49,921 nucleotides of DNA from Octopus sinensis (Eukaryota), in contig NW_021834284.1 in assembly GCF_006345805.1 (NCBI RefSeq), positions 1 through 49,921 on the forward strand. The letters run 5' to 3'. The position numbers and the translations under genes were made by a program. Shown here piece by piece: positions 12,273 through 24,845 of the stretch; the stretch's first letter is position 1, and each line of letters starts with the position of its first letter. The notes under the pieces were generated by a model that saw only the letters and a list, made by a program, of their open reading frames with translations, did not search any database and was not told the origin of the DNA.

Positions 12273-12289
12273 GTGCGTACTATATACGA

Positions 12290-12725
12290 GGTTAAAAATG
12301 AAAATTATTTTCTAAGCAATGTCCAAGTCTCGATTTGCTGTCCGGCAATGTTTATTCAGACGCATTTTGTGATGTCGGGCGCGAAAATACCTTAAGCTAA
12401 GCCTGAAAGCAATGAAGTCATAAAAGAATCATCCGTAACTTGCAGTAAGCAACATTTATTAAACGTTAACACTGTTATTTCTTTATTTTCTGCAAACAAA
12501 ATGCACAAAAAAGCTACACGTTTGCATCATGTTATATATACAATAATAATGAAGGACGTTATCGTATACATTTTTACAAACTAAGGACGTTATATAGACC
12601 TCTTTGACTCAAGTTAAAGAAGGGGTGCGTATTATACACAAGGTTTAGGTTTTTCAGAGGTACAGCCCCTTAAAAATCCCCTGCGTATTATACTCAAGGG
12701 CGGACTATACTCGAGGATTTACAGT
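12290..12725. mobile_element. pogo/Tc2-like DNA transposon end fragment
   Basis: Terminal ...gcggactatactcgaggatttacag|TA with repeated gcgtattatac subterminal motifs. Confidence 0.5.
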
Positions 12726-12993
12726 ATATATCTATGTGCATACATATTTATATATAGCGCGCGCGCACACATAAATGTTTTGTTTTTGTTCGAATATAAA
12801 AAATTTAACGTTAAACTAATGGATTACTCAATACTTTTTGTACAGTACAAATCTATTATTCTTTAACAAGTATAGTATTGATGACAACTTCGAAATATCG
12901 GCCTGATCAGCCATCATTGGACTATATATATATATATATACAGAGAGAGAGAGAGAGAAAGAGAAAAGGCTACATCTATATAGACATGCATAC

Positions 12994-13026
<33 letters not shown>

Positions 13027-13028
13027 TG

Positions 13029-13062
<34 letters not shown>

Positions 13063-13630
13063 TGTATGTATGCTTATTAGTCCTTGTGTGAGCGGAAAGT
13101 ATTCTTATTAATTTTTTTTTATTGTCATACCACTTTTAAGTGCAAACAAACCAAGTCCTAAATATATATGATCAATAACTGATAGTGCCAAGAAAATAAA
13201 AGCAGCGAATTTAATGGCGCTAGTCTTTCATTGATGGGACAGCGTTAATGATAAATATGTGCACAGTTAATAATGTATAAATAATGACTTTATTAATTCG
13301 TATAGATATGGAAATACTGCCTTATAAATATGTGAGTAAATAGACACGTTTACCGTAAAGAGCAGTGTTGTAAAAGTAAACTTTTAACGTTTCTTTTTAT
13401 CTTGTGTTTACTTGTATCAAGTTATTGGACTGCGGTCATACTGGGTATCGTCTTGAATGGTGTAAGTGGAAAAAAAAAATAGAGAGAAGGAAACGATCCC
13501 TTAAATAGCTCTTTTGTTAAATTCTGGTACTTATTCTATCGTTCTCTTTTGCCAAATGGCTACGTCACGGGGACATAAACTTGTTGTCAAGCGATGGAGG
13601 TAGGGATCAAACACACACACACACACACAC

Positions 13631-13681
<51 letters not shown>

Positions 13682-13726
13682 ACACACAAACACACACACA
13701 AACACACACACACACACATACACCAC

Positions 13727-13767
<41 letters not shown>

Positions 13768-14101
13768 GCGAGGGGATATTGAAAAGTTCTTGGCTTTGGG
13801 TATAAAAAAAAAAAAATAATGGAGGATCAGTTAATTATGATTTTATTCAACATATTCTCCTCTCAGATTGTGTGTGTGTGCGTTACACACACAAGGCGCG
13901 GTACTGAAAAGTTCCCGAGTTTGAGTAAAAGAAAATACAGGAGGATTAGTTAATTATGATTTTACTCAACATATTCCCCTTTCAGATTCACACCCATATT
14001 GCTGCAGTTCTTCAGTTTTTTTTAAGAACTAGGAAGGTTGGGCCTCCAACCAGGCATTTCGCGATGCCCTTAAAGCCAGGAATTTTTCAGCATCCCTCAT
14101 A
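13768..14101. mobile_element. mariner-type MITE with duplicated left end
   Basis: Left end cgaggggatattgaaaagttcttggcttt (repeated at ~13895) is inverted to right end aaagccaggaatttttcagcatccctca|TA. Confidence 0.6.
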
Positions 14102-14897
14102 TATGACGGGCTTCCACACAGATTCCGTTAACCAGATTCACTCACAATGCATTATTCGGCATGAGGCTATTATAGTGAAAGACACTTGCCCAAGGTATTG
14201 ACTGAACTCGAAACGACATATTTGCAAAGCAAGCTTGTTAACCACCCGGCTATGCCGAAAACTAGCGGTCACCTTCTACATTGAGCATCGAAAGCGAATC
14301 TTCCTACCAAATGGTAAATCGGTACAAGGCAACAACCATTTTTAAGTTACTGAGCACCCATTTACCATAATTTCAAGTGGCATAAACTCATGAAGGAGAA
14401 GTACAATGTGGTTGTTAAACCTACTAGAATAACAGTGAAAAAAATGATAGTCATGGGGTCTCTAGGGATAATCGAGTAATCCCACTATCGAAGATCACTT
14501 TGAATACCAAGGACGAGTGTCCTCTCCAACTCCTTTCTTCCTACTCACAGGTCTACACTGAGAGAGGTACCTTCCACTCGTGCCATTTTCGCAAGTTTCA
14601 CTCACCTTGTCATAAATGTCACCTTAGTGTGTAAAGTAAGAAAAATAAAAGACGTAAATCACATCGAAACATTAGGTAATGTGGTACACAATGCATGTAA
14701 AAATAAAACAAAAATGTGGAAAATTCTGGATGGTCAGGATTGGCACGTCATCGGTTATAGGCCCACTTGTCCAGTTGTGGTTTGGGGGAAGGATAGTAAA
14801 CAACCAAGCATGACTGTGGTTAAGAAGTTCGCTTTGCAGCTAGGTGGTTTCAGGTTTTAGCGTGGCACCTTACGTAAGTGTTTTCTTATTATAGCCA

Positions 14898-15290
14898 TCA
14901 CTGCAGCTCCGTCAAAGAGACGAGCTGCAGGAAGGCGTGTCTCACAAACGGAGCCCACACACGTTCACCTTCTAAAATTCGTTGCAAGTGGTGTAACCTG
15001 AGAGCGTTTCTGCGCATTAAAGCCATGATATGCCTAAGCCGCCACGCAGAGGGAGTTGGCAGCAGACCGACCGCCTGAACATTAGAGCGCGTCCCTTCAA
15101 CAAGAAAATAAACAGGATACGCTCCAATCTTAATCATGCAATAACTGGGGCAAGGCACGACTGTCAGACAATAAATAATGACAGAGGTGATGTAAGCATC
15201 TTTCAGGGACAGCTTCCTCTTAGCCCATTTCTTGGTAAGACAGGCCACCTTGTTCGTCACTTCTTACGGAGCTCCAAACTTCCGTGACTT
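14898..15290 (-). mobile_element. L1/Tx1 ORF2 internal fragment (degenerate)
   Basis: KWAKRKLSLK..YITSVIIYCLTVVPCP...RRNALRLHHLQRILEGERVWAPFVRHAF resembles the post-RT W..R.LSL.G region of Tx1-like ORF2. Confidence 0.7.
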
Positions 15291-15363
15291 TACAGTATGG
15301 CGGCCATAATAATACTAATAATAATAATGATGATAATGATGATGATGGTGGTGGTGGTGGTGG

Positions 15364-15397
<34 letters not shown>

Positions 15398-15409
15398 AAT
15401 AATATTTTC

Positions 15410-15795
15410 TACTAAAGGCACAAGGCCTGAAATTTGTGGGGATGGGTTTGGTCATTTACATTGACCCCAGTGTTTCAGTGGTACTTTATTTATCGATCCC
15501 GAAGGGATGAAAGGCAAAGTCGACCTTGGCGGAATTTGAAGTTAGAACGTAGTGACCTCCGAATTACCTATTTCTTTACTACCCACAAGAGGCTACACAC
15601 AGAGGGGACAAACAAGGACAGACACACGGATTAAGTCGATCACATCGACCCCAGTGCTAACTGGTACTTAATTTATCGACCCCGAAAGGATGAAAGGCAA
15701 AGTCGACCTCGGCGGAATTTGAACTCAGAATGTAACACCAGACGAAATACGGCTAAGCATTTCACCCGGCGTGCTAACGTTTCTGCCAACTCGTC
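15410..15795 (-). mobile_element. SINE family B with a duplicated internal module
   Basis: Two tandem Meta-like modules joined by tacctatttctttactacccacaag...ggattaagtcgat. Confidence 0.8.
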
Positions 15796-15840
<45 letters not shown>

Positions 15841-16204
15841 TGTTGTTGTTATTATTGTGGGTGTAACCTTCGATGGTGATTCCATTATTGCAATAACAAG
15901 ATTGAATCGAAATTAAGAAGAAACTGATTAAGTGGAATTTTTAGATTTTCTTTATCGTGGTGACTTTGTAGAATTTTGGGAAGAATTCTGTCGTAAATTA
16001 TCGACACAACCATAGTCAATTAAACTTCAATTCTAACTTCATCCTGTCTTTAAACAGAGAAAGGGAAGAAGTCGAAAAGCCACGCCTCTCCTTAAAAACC
16101 AATTTAAACGTGAACCTCTCATCATTAATTCGCTTCTCTTACCGTCATCGGGTATCGCCATCGTTATCGTCGTCAGCATCACCAACACAGCCACCAGCAT
16201 CGCA

Positions 16205-16212
16205 TCACCAAG

Positions 16213-16282
<70 letters not shown>

Positions 16283-16289
16283 CCAAGAC

Positions 16290-16356
<67 letters not shown>

Positions 16357-16359
16357 TTC

Positions 16360-16397
<38 letters not shown>

Positions 16398-16400
16398 AAT
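16205..16400. repeat. (CAT)n microsatellite
   Basis: Directly visible; the source of the poly-H/D/M pseudo-ORFs. Confidence 0.95.
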
Positions 16401-16631
16401 TCGCTCGAGTTCTCACTTCCCTACCCAGCTCTTAATTTCGCTTCGTCGACGTCGTTGTCACCGCCATCTTTATACACCATCGTCGTCGCAGTCGTCATTA
16501 TGATTTTTCTCGGTTCTCATCATCATCATCATCACCATCATTATTACTTCTTCTCCCCACCACTCTTGAGGTTGCCAATCGTTACCACACACACACACAT
16601 CGTCGTCATCGTGCCTTCTTCTTGATAATTG

Positions 16632-16676
<45 letters not shown>

Positions 16677-16922
16677 CCATCACGATCATCTTGATCGTCG
16701 ACATTGCTACCATCATTCTTATAATTACCACCACAACCACCACCACCACCACCACCACCGCCACCACCATCGCCACCACCACTGCCATCACTCGCTTCCA
16801 CGACCCCCATCCCCATCGTCATCATACTGCACCCTTTTCCATCATACCTCGTTTCACTTCACTTCCCAATCGTGTCTTCATTTAAGTTTGTGATTTTTCT
16901 TAATTGATCGAATTCTTTAACG

Positions 16923-16954
<32 letters not shown>

Positions 16955-17463
16955 ACGCGCGCGCGTATGTGTGTGTGTTTGCGTTTTTGTATATGGGTGT
17001 GTGTGTGTGTTGTGTGTTTGTTTCTGTATCTGCCTCTGATTATGTGTGTTTATCTTGTTTCATACGGTGTGTGTATATAGATATTCATCTAGACAGATCT
17101 TGTGTGCATGTGTGCCTTGCAATCATAATTGTTAGCGTTTTTATGCGCATGCGCCGGGGGTGTGCGCGCGTATGTGTGTATTATGAAGCAAGTATGTTTG
17201 TAAGTTATATAGTTATAACAGTATGTATATTTGTAATTAACTATGTAAAATATACTTTTATACGTGTAAATATTTGTTACACACACACACACACACACAC
17301 ACACAACACACACACACTCACGCATGCACACACACACATCGACTCATCTTTTATTCTTTCATTTGTTTCAGTTATTTGACTGCAGCCATGCTGGAGCACC
17401 GCCTTAAAAATTAATATACTGCATTCTAACAATATATAAATATGTGTATTTCTTTGTGTACGT

Positions 17464-17495
<32 letters not shown>

Positions 17496-17667
17496 CTGTG
17501 TATGCGTGTGTGTAAAAGTGTATTTTCATGTGTTCGTTTATGCGTATGGATATTGACAAATGTAAATGCCATTGTCGTGGGTGTGTATGTACATGTATGT
17601 ATGTATGTATGTATGTATGTATGTATGTATGTATGTATGCATGTATGTATACACGTATGTATGTATT

Positions 17668-17709
<42 letters not shown>

Positions 17710-17818
17710 CACACAAATATATATATGTATATATATATATGTATGTATATATAATATATATATATATGTCTGTGTGTCAATATGTGCATGCATAAACATA
17801 CTTGTGTATATGTGTATG

Positions 17819-17855
<37 letters not shown>

Positions 17856-18472
17856 GTATACGCACACACATGGATGCCTATGTGTGTATGTGTGCCGTTA
17901 GTCAGATTTCGTATGTAGTCGGTATTGGGCGTGGTAATGTTAATCTTCCTCGTTCATTTACCATAATGACGATGTCCCGTGGCCAATTACGGAAATTTTC
18001 GTTCGTTAAAAGTATCACTAACAACTAACATAGTCCATTCCCTTGACCCCGCCCACTTTACCCATCACATTGTTTGTAGTGGAAGGGATGTGTAGCGGGT
18101 GAGACAATTCGTATACATTACTACACTGACCTAACCCTACACATTAATCCACAGGAGTTGCTGTGATGGTAAGAAGCTTACTTCCCAACCTCATGGTTCC
18201 GGGTTCAATTCCACTGCGAGGCACCTTGGACGAGTGTCTTTGCTTAAATGATAGAAAAATGCATGAGGAATTCAGAATCATTTGTCGTATTGAACAAAAA
18301 ATTAATAGAAAAACAGTTATGAGGTAAAATGTTGCGAAATTTAATGTCAGTAAGTGAGGACGTAACGCCTAAGCAATAAGAATAAAGAATATATTTCTAA
18401 GATGTATTCTTATATCATAAGGCGGCGTGCTGGCAAGAAAACGTTAACGCACCAGGCGAAATACTTAACGGC

Positions 18473-19372
18473 ATTTCGTCTGTCTTTACGTTTTGAGTTC
18501 AAATTTCGCCGAGGTCGACTTTGACGTACGGATTATTAAATTCATTTTTTCTTAAAGTAAACTTCAGATACTGGTAGAATGTGTCACATAGAACAGGTAC
18601 TCTTAATGTTTTTGACAAAATTTTGTATATTAGAAGCGGTATTTCGTCTGTCTTTACGTTTCGAGTTCAAATTTCGCTGAGGTCGACTTTGACGTACAGA
18701 TTATTAAATTCATTTTGTTTAAAAGTAAACTTCTGATACTAGTAGAATGTGTCACATAGAACAGGGCTACTCTTAATGTTTTTGACAAAATTTTGTATCT
18801 TAGAAGCGGTATTTCGTCTGTCTTTACGTTTTGAGTTCAAATTTCGCCGAGGTCGACTTTGACGTATGGATTATTAAATTCATTTTTTTTTAAAGTAAAC
18901 TTCCGATACTGGTAGAATGTGTCACATAGAACAGGGCTACTCTTAATGTTTTTGACAAAATTTTGTATCTTAGAAGCGGTATTTCGTCTGTCTTTACGTT
19001 TTGAGTTCAAATTTCGCCGAGGTCGACTTTGACGTACGGATTATTAAATTCATTTTTTTTTAAAGTAAACTTCCGATACTGGTAGAATGTGTCACATAGA
19101 ACAGGGCTACTCTTAATGTTTTTGACAAAATTTTGTATCTTAGAAGCGGTATTTCGTCTGTCTTTACGTTTTGAGTTCAAATTTCGCCGAGGTCGACTTT
19201 GACGTACGGATTATTAAATCCATTTTTTTTTAAAGTAAACTTCCGATACTGGTAGAATGTGTCACATAGAACAGGGCTACTCTTAATGTTTTTGACAAAA
19301 TTTTGTATCTTAGAAGCGGTATTTCGTCTGTCTTTACGTTCTGAGTTCAAATTCCATCGAGGTCGGCTTTGC
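18473..19372 (+). repeat. Tandem array of 170-bp units (5 full plus a partial) inside a family-B SINE (18419-19398)
   Basis: atttcgtctgtctttacgtt recurs at 18473, 18641, 18811, 18981, 19151 and 19321. Confidence 0.95.
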
Positions 19373-20411
19373 CTTTCATCCATTTCGGATCTATTCAATT
19401 AGACGTAGAGTTTATTTAATCAATTTTTTTTAAAACTAAACACTTTCAAACTTCTGATACTGGTAGAATGTGTCACATAGAACAGGGTTTACTTTTAACG
19501 TTTTTGACAAAATTTTGTATTTTAGAAGTTATTTCGTTACAAGTTACAGAGTGACAATGGACAAATTCGTGTTTGATAAGTGCCAATACACGAAACTCTC
19601 AGGTTTTGACTTACTCGCTAACTTCTGCCGATGATATATATATATATACATATTACATATATGTGTAAAAAATCTCATCACGCAACCAAATCAATGAGAG
19701 AGCCTCTACCTGGTCACTCGACACGCTAAAAATAGCAGCCAAAGTATCCCCTATCTAAATTACACGCCCATTGTATGTAATGTCCTAGATTATCCCTAAA
19801 AAGACGATTTGCTGAAGGCTGAGTGTCTTTGATGATCGGTTTGCAGTATCAGGGTTTATTTGAGGCTAAATATCAACAACATTAAGGTCAATTTCTATAT
19901 TGACACCTGCACGATTTTCACTACGAAAAAAAAAAAATGATTTTTTGCGGAGAATCAAGTACCCTGACTTCCTAATATACTGAAAATCCCTTATTTTGGT
20001 TCGGAAAAATGAGGTGGAGGAAGGGTTCCCCGCCGATCCAGTAATCACTGGAATTTTCTTTTTCGTTGGATGAATTCCTGTGACCTAATATTGCAAAATT
20101 GGGTTACTTAAGGCGAGCCTGGTAACAGATGGTTTTGGAGTCTTATTGTTTGTAACTTTTGGTGAGCCATGGTGCAACCAACAACATGGTAAAAATCCCT
20201 GCCATTAATTTGGTGTGGATGGGTAATATCAAATAATTCAATCACAACATATATTTAAATTAAACATGAAAAAAATTGAAATATTATCATCACTTACAGG
20301 AAAAAATTGAAATATTATCTTTCAATATTTTATAAGGTAAAATCTTAAATTATTAATTGACACATTATTAATTATCTTATAACAACAATGTCGGGAAAAA
20401 TCATGGATTAT

Positions 20412-20918
20412 ATGGAAAAATGCAAGCATGAAAAGTCATATTCTTAAGATTATAAACCAGGAAAATTACAGGACAAGTTATTACATATGTAAAAATATAG
20501 GACAAGCTATTACTTCTAGTAAAGTAAAGAATAAGAAACTTGTTACTTAAAATATTGCAGCTATAATTAAAATTTGAATATTAAAACTTATTTTATTATA
20601 GTTTACAAATAACACTAATTTAAGTAGAATTTGGTTAATTTACTATCTTAAATGCAGAAAAAAAGTGACTAATTAGACAAACTTACAAATTAGCTGAACA
20701 GTTTTGTACAATAAATTTAAAAGATGAAAAATGTAAAGAGTGATAAATTAGAAGAACTGGCATTCTTTGCTGCAATATTTTAAGTAAAAAGTTTCTTATT
20801 CTTTACTTTACTAGAAGTAATAGCTTGTCCTATACTTTTACAGGTGTAATAACTTGTCCTGTACTTTTCCATGTATATAATCTTAAGAATATTACTTTTC
20901 ATACTCGCATTTTTCCAT
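20412..20918. mobile_element. Foldback/MITE-like element with ~150-bp imperfect inverted arms
   Basis: 20412-20561 is the reverse complement of 20769-20918 (e.g. ggacaagctattacttctagtaaagtaaagaataagaaact / agtttcttattctttactttactagaagtaatagcttgtcc). Confidence 0.75.
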
Positions 20919-20994
20919 GTGGTAATGTTGCGGCACCTTCTTCAAGGGTTGCAGACGAAAATAGTCAATCCCAGTACGTAATGTTACGCGCGCG

Positions 20995-21051
<57 letters not shown>

Positions 21052-21468
21052 GCACACACACACACACACACACACGCACACACGCACACACATGCATACA
21101 CACACACATACACACACACGCACACATCTGTTCATGATAGAAGTTGCAGGCAAACCAAAAAGTATTGTTTTCCACTTCCAAGTTGAAAATCAAAGATTGT
21201 AATACGATGCGTTTTCTACATATTGCCAGCGAAGTAAAATGCTGCCATGCCCGGCAACGAGTACCCACCACCAAGGAGACCAAATACAGATCGAAACCAC
21301 TTGGCATGGTGGTCTTGAAGCCAAGGGGTCAAAGATGAAGTCAAACCAAATAGTGCTATTTTGAAATATTTTGGTAATGCAAATAGAAAAATCGAACTCA
21401 AAACATGAGTGTTTGTTATTAGTACGACGATTATTAATAAAAAAAATATAAAAAACGTGTGTGTGTAA

Positions 21469-21509
<41 letters not shown>

Positions 21510-21716
21510 CAAGCTCTTAGCTTAGTTTTTCCTTGGGGACTGGCTAGATTGGAGCAATCTCGAGTTTAATCAGCTGAAATTGCGATGATAATCTGGTACT
21601 CGACAAAGGAAAGAAAACTTCGAATTGTTTTCTTTGTATCGCCTATCTGGATGTTTTGTTGTCCCATTTTTGTATCATCTAACTGTCCGGACGCTTTGTG
21701 TTCTTTTCCCATTTTG

Positions 21717-21774
<58 letters not shown>

Positions 21775-21817
21775 CACATACATACACACACACATTTATA
21801 TATATATATATACACAT

Positions 21818-21850
<33 letters not shown>

Positions 21851-21978
21851 CGACACTAAAGTGACAGAGGGTACTAAGTAGTACCTGCATTGCTAGAAAT
21901 AAGAGTCAAAACAATTCCATCGCCACAAAAGCACCATCTTAATGACTGACAAGGGGAGACAAGTACCTCAGTGGGCAT

Positions 21979-22038
21979 AGCCAGATCACCGGTAATTTCG
22001 AATTTTGATGCAGAGCATCTTAATTCTCATCGGTGGCT
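21979..22038 (-). ncRNA. Type I hammerhead ribozyme fold (U4C in this copy)
   Basis: Minus strand reads AGCCA CCGATGA GAATT AA GATGC TCT GCATC AA AATTC GAA ATTACCGGTGAT C TGGCT; all three stems pair. Confidence 0.8.
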
Positions 22039-22063
22039 CTTACTGCGCTTATGGTTAAACTCA

Positions 22064-22691
22064 TGGATAGGCTTCCGCCCGTCACCCTACCCCATTTTCT
22101 TCCAAATTTGTTCATTAAAAATTTTTTTTGTCAGAAACCCCCGTTTTCAGATACGGAGGTTCCGGAAAATTGCCAAAAGTCAGCATTGTGAAATTTTTTT
22201 CCCCACTTCCTCCAATTCTTCAATTTTTCCTTTTTCCCCAACACTAACCCTAACCCTAAGACCCTAACGCTAACCTACAACCCTAACGCTAACCTAAAAC
22301 CCTAAAGCTAACCCTAACCCTAAAATCCTAACCCTAACCGTAACTATAGAAATGTTTTGAAATTTTTGTCCGAATCATAATGTCCGTATTTTTCCGCATA
22401 TTTAGAAAAAAAAAAAAAATTCTTAAAAAAAATTTTACAAAAATATTTGGAAATTTTTTCAGAATCATAATCTCCATATTTTGCACATATTTTGAAAAAA
22501 AAGATTTTTTTGAAAAAAGCAAAAAAATGAAGGAAAAGGTGGGTGGGAGTAATTTAAAAATGCCGATATTTGCCAATTTTTTTGCAGATTCGTATTCACC
22601 GTAGTTGAGAAAGGGGGTGGGGGTTGTGTCAAAAAAATTTTTAAGGGTGGCTTTTTTTATTGGGAGGTAGGGACGAGCAGAAGTGTTGCCG
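22064..22691. mobile_element. Non-autonomous insertion with 6-bp target duplication, imperfect TIRs and internal telomere-like repeats
   Basis: Flanked by AACTCA (22058-22063 and 22692-22697). The empty site ggttaaactcacctcac is seen on the reverse strand at ~23025-23041. Ends match at 13/20 positions. Confidence 0.7.
22244..22343 (+). repeat. Degenerate interstitial (CCCTAA)n telomere-like tract
   Basis: ctaaccctaaccctaagaccctaacgctaacc...ctaaccctaaccgtaac. Confidence 0.8.
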
Positions 22692-23295
22692 AACTCACCT
22701 CACTTTGTCAGCTTATAAGAAGACCGTTGAACTCATAAGCTGATTTCAAAAACGGTAAAATTGAAAACTACAAATAATATGGGTGGCGTATTAGTAATTT
22801 AACAACTTAAAGGCAAATTTATAGACGTCACTAAAGTGCAGAGTACTAAGTAGTACCAGCATTGCTAGAAATAAGAGTCAAAATTACTCCATCGCCATAG
22901 AAGCACTATCTTAATGACTGACAAGGAGAAACAAGCATAAGCCACCCACATTATTTGTAGTTTTCACTTTTATTGTTTTTGAAATCAGCGTATGAGGTCA
23001 ACGATTCTCTTATAAGCTGACAAAGTGAGGTGAGTTTAACCGGAGGCACTTAGCTTAGTTTTTCCTTGGGGCTGGCCAGATTGGAGCAATCTCAAGGTTA
23101 ATCAGCCGAAATTGCGAGGATGATCCGGTTCTTGACTGAAGATTCAAGGCTTCGCATGACCCGTCCGTGTTTTTTGTATCGTCTTCTGGATGTTTTGCGT
23201 TCTTGTCCCATTTTGTATTTATATATATATATATTATATATATATATATATAATATATATATATATAGCGGCGTACGTACACTTTGCTATCTTAT

Positions 23296-23360
<65 letters not shown>

Positions 23361-23363
<3 letters not shown>

Positions 23364-23523
23364 CGTAGGAGTGGCTGTGGTAAGTAGCTTGCTCTAACGA
23401 ACCACATGGCTCCGGGTTCAGTCCTACTGCGTGGCACTTCAGCAAGTGTCTGCTACTATAGCCTCGGGCCGACCAAAGCCTTGTGAGTGGATTTGGTAGA
23501 CGGAAACTGAAAGAAGCCTATCG

Positions 23524-23610
<87 letters not shown>

Positions 23611-23826
23611 ATACGTTTGTGTGTCTGTGTTTGTCCCCCCCCCCAACATCACTTGACAACCGATGCTGGTGTGTTTACGTCCCCGTAACTTAGCGGTTCT
23701 GCAAAAGAGACCAATACAAAGAATAATTCCTAGAGTCGATTTGCTCGACTAAAAAAAAGGCGGTGCTCCAGCATGGCCACAGTCAATTAACTGAAACAAG
23801 TAAAAGAGTAAAGAGTAGAAAGAGTA
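23361..23826 (+). mobile_element. SINE family A, full length
   Basis: aggcgtaggagtggctgtggtaag head, B-box-like ggttcagtcc, internal microsatellite and (gtaaaaga)n tail. Confidence 0.9.
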
Positions 23827-24308
23827 TACAAGCACGCGACAGTCTATCACACAGTTTCCGTCTACCAAATTCATTCACAAAGTATTAGTCAGCCCAGCGT
23901 AATAGTCGAAGACAAATGTCCAAGGTACTGAACCAGAACAAACGTGGCTGCAAAGCGAGATTCTTAACCTCAAAGTGATGCCTGCGTTAAGTTTTAAACT
24001 TGTTTAACTGCTCCACTCCTTTTTACAATAATGCGCAATACATATATGAAATCACATCCTCCCCTCCTTCTCTGTCCTCCCCCATATGCGCCATGTCTCT
24101 GCATCACACCCAAGTCGTTAGCTACCTAATGAAAAGTACAAATTGGTTGACAGTTATAATTAGCTTGTTTTAGGTGTATTTACATACAGACAGGTGTATA
24201 TTCATACAGAGGCATATATATATATATATATCTAGACATTCGTTAATACACGCGCGCACGCGCACACACACATACACACATATTTGCTTAAATGCACGTA
24301 CAGACTTA

Positions 24309-24353
<45 letters not shown>

Positions 24354-24402
24354 AATTTATATAAATAAACATATATATATATACATATATATATATACAT
24401 AT

Positions 24403-24461
<59 letters not shown>

Positions 24462-24538
24462 CACATGTATACACGTATCTTCTACTTTTTGTCTTTTACG
24501 TGTTTCAGTCATTAGACTGCGGTCATGCTGGGGTACCG

Positions 24539-24608
<70 letters not shown>

Positions 24609-24808
24609 CTCATACATTTTATTCACAGATATATAATTATGATCATTGGATATTTACATTACACCGCAATACACACACTCACACACACATACACAGACAC
24701 ACACACGTATGTATACATGCATACATACACGTATGTGATGTACGCAGGCGTGAATGTCGTTTGTGTTCGCACGCGCGCGCGCGTGTGTGCGTGCGTAGCG
24801 TGTGTGTT

Positions 24809-24845
<37 letters not shown>

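Larger units (their letters stand above)
21853..23040 (-). mobile_element. HHR-containing ~345-bp repeat (retrozyme/pLTR-like): one unit, the start of a second tandem unit and an inverted partial unit, interrupted by a 628-bp insertion
   Basis: cactaaagtg..gtactaagtagtacc.gcattgctagaaataagagtcaaaa recurs at ~21854 and ~22829. 22937-23040 is inverted relative to 22692-22790. Confidence 0.75.

Noticed and set aside
18473-19372. CRISPR-like array
   Set aside because: Units are wholly repeated with no unique spacers, the context is eukaryotic, and no cas genes are present.
22244-22343. True telomere or chromosome fusion site
   Set aside because: Short, degenerate, single orientation, and inside a TSD-flanked insertion.
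23060-23120. ggctg..cagcc-GAAA stem as a hammerhead
   Set aside because: The upstream sequence is CCTTGG rather than CTGANGA in both copies, and stems I and III are not evident.
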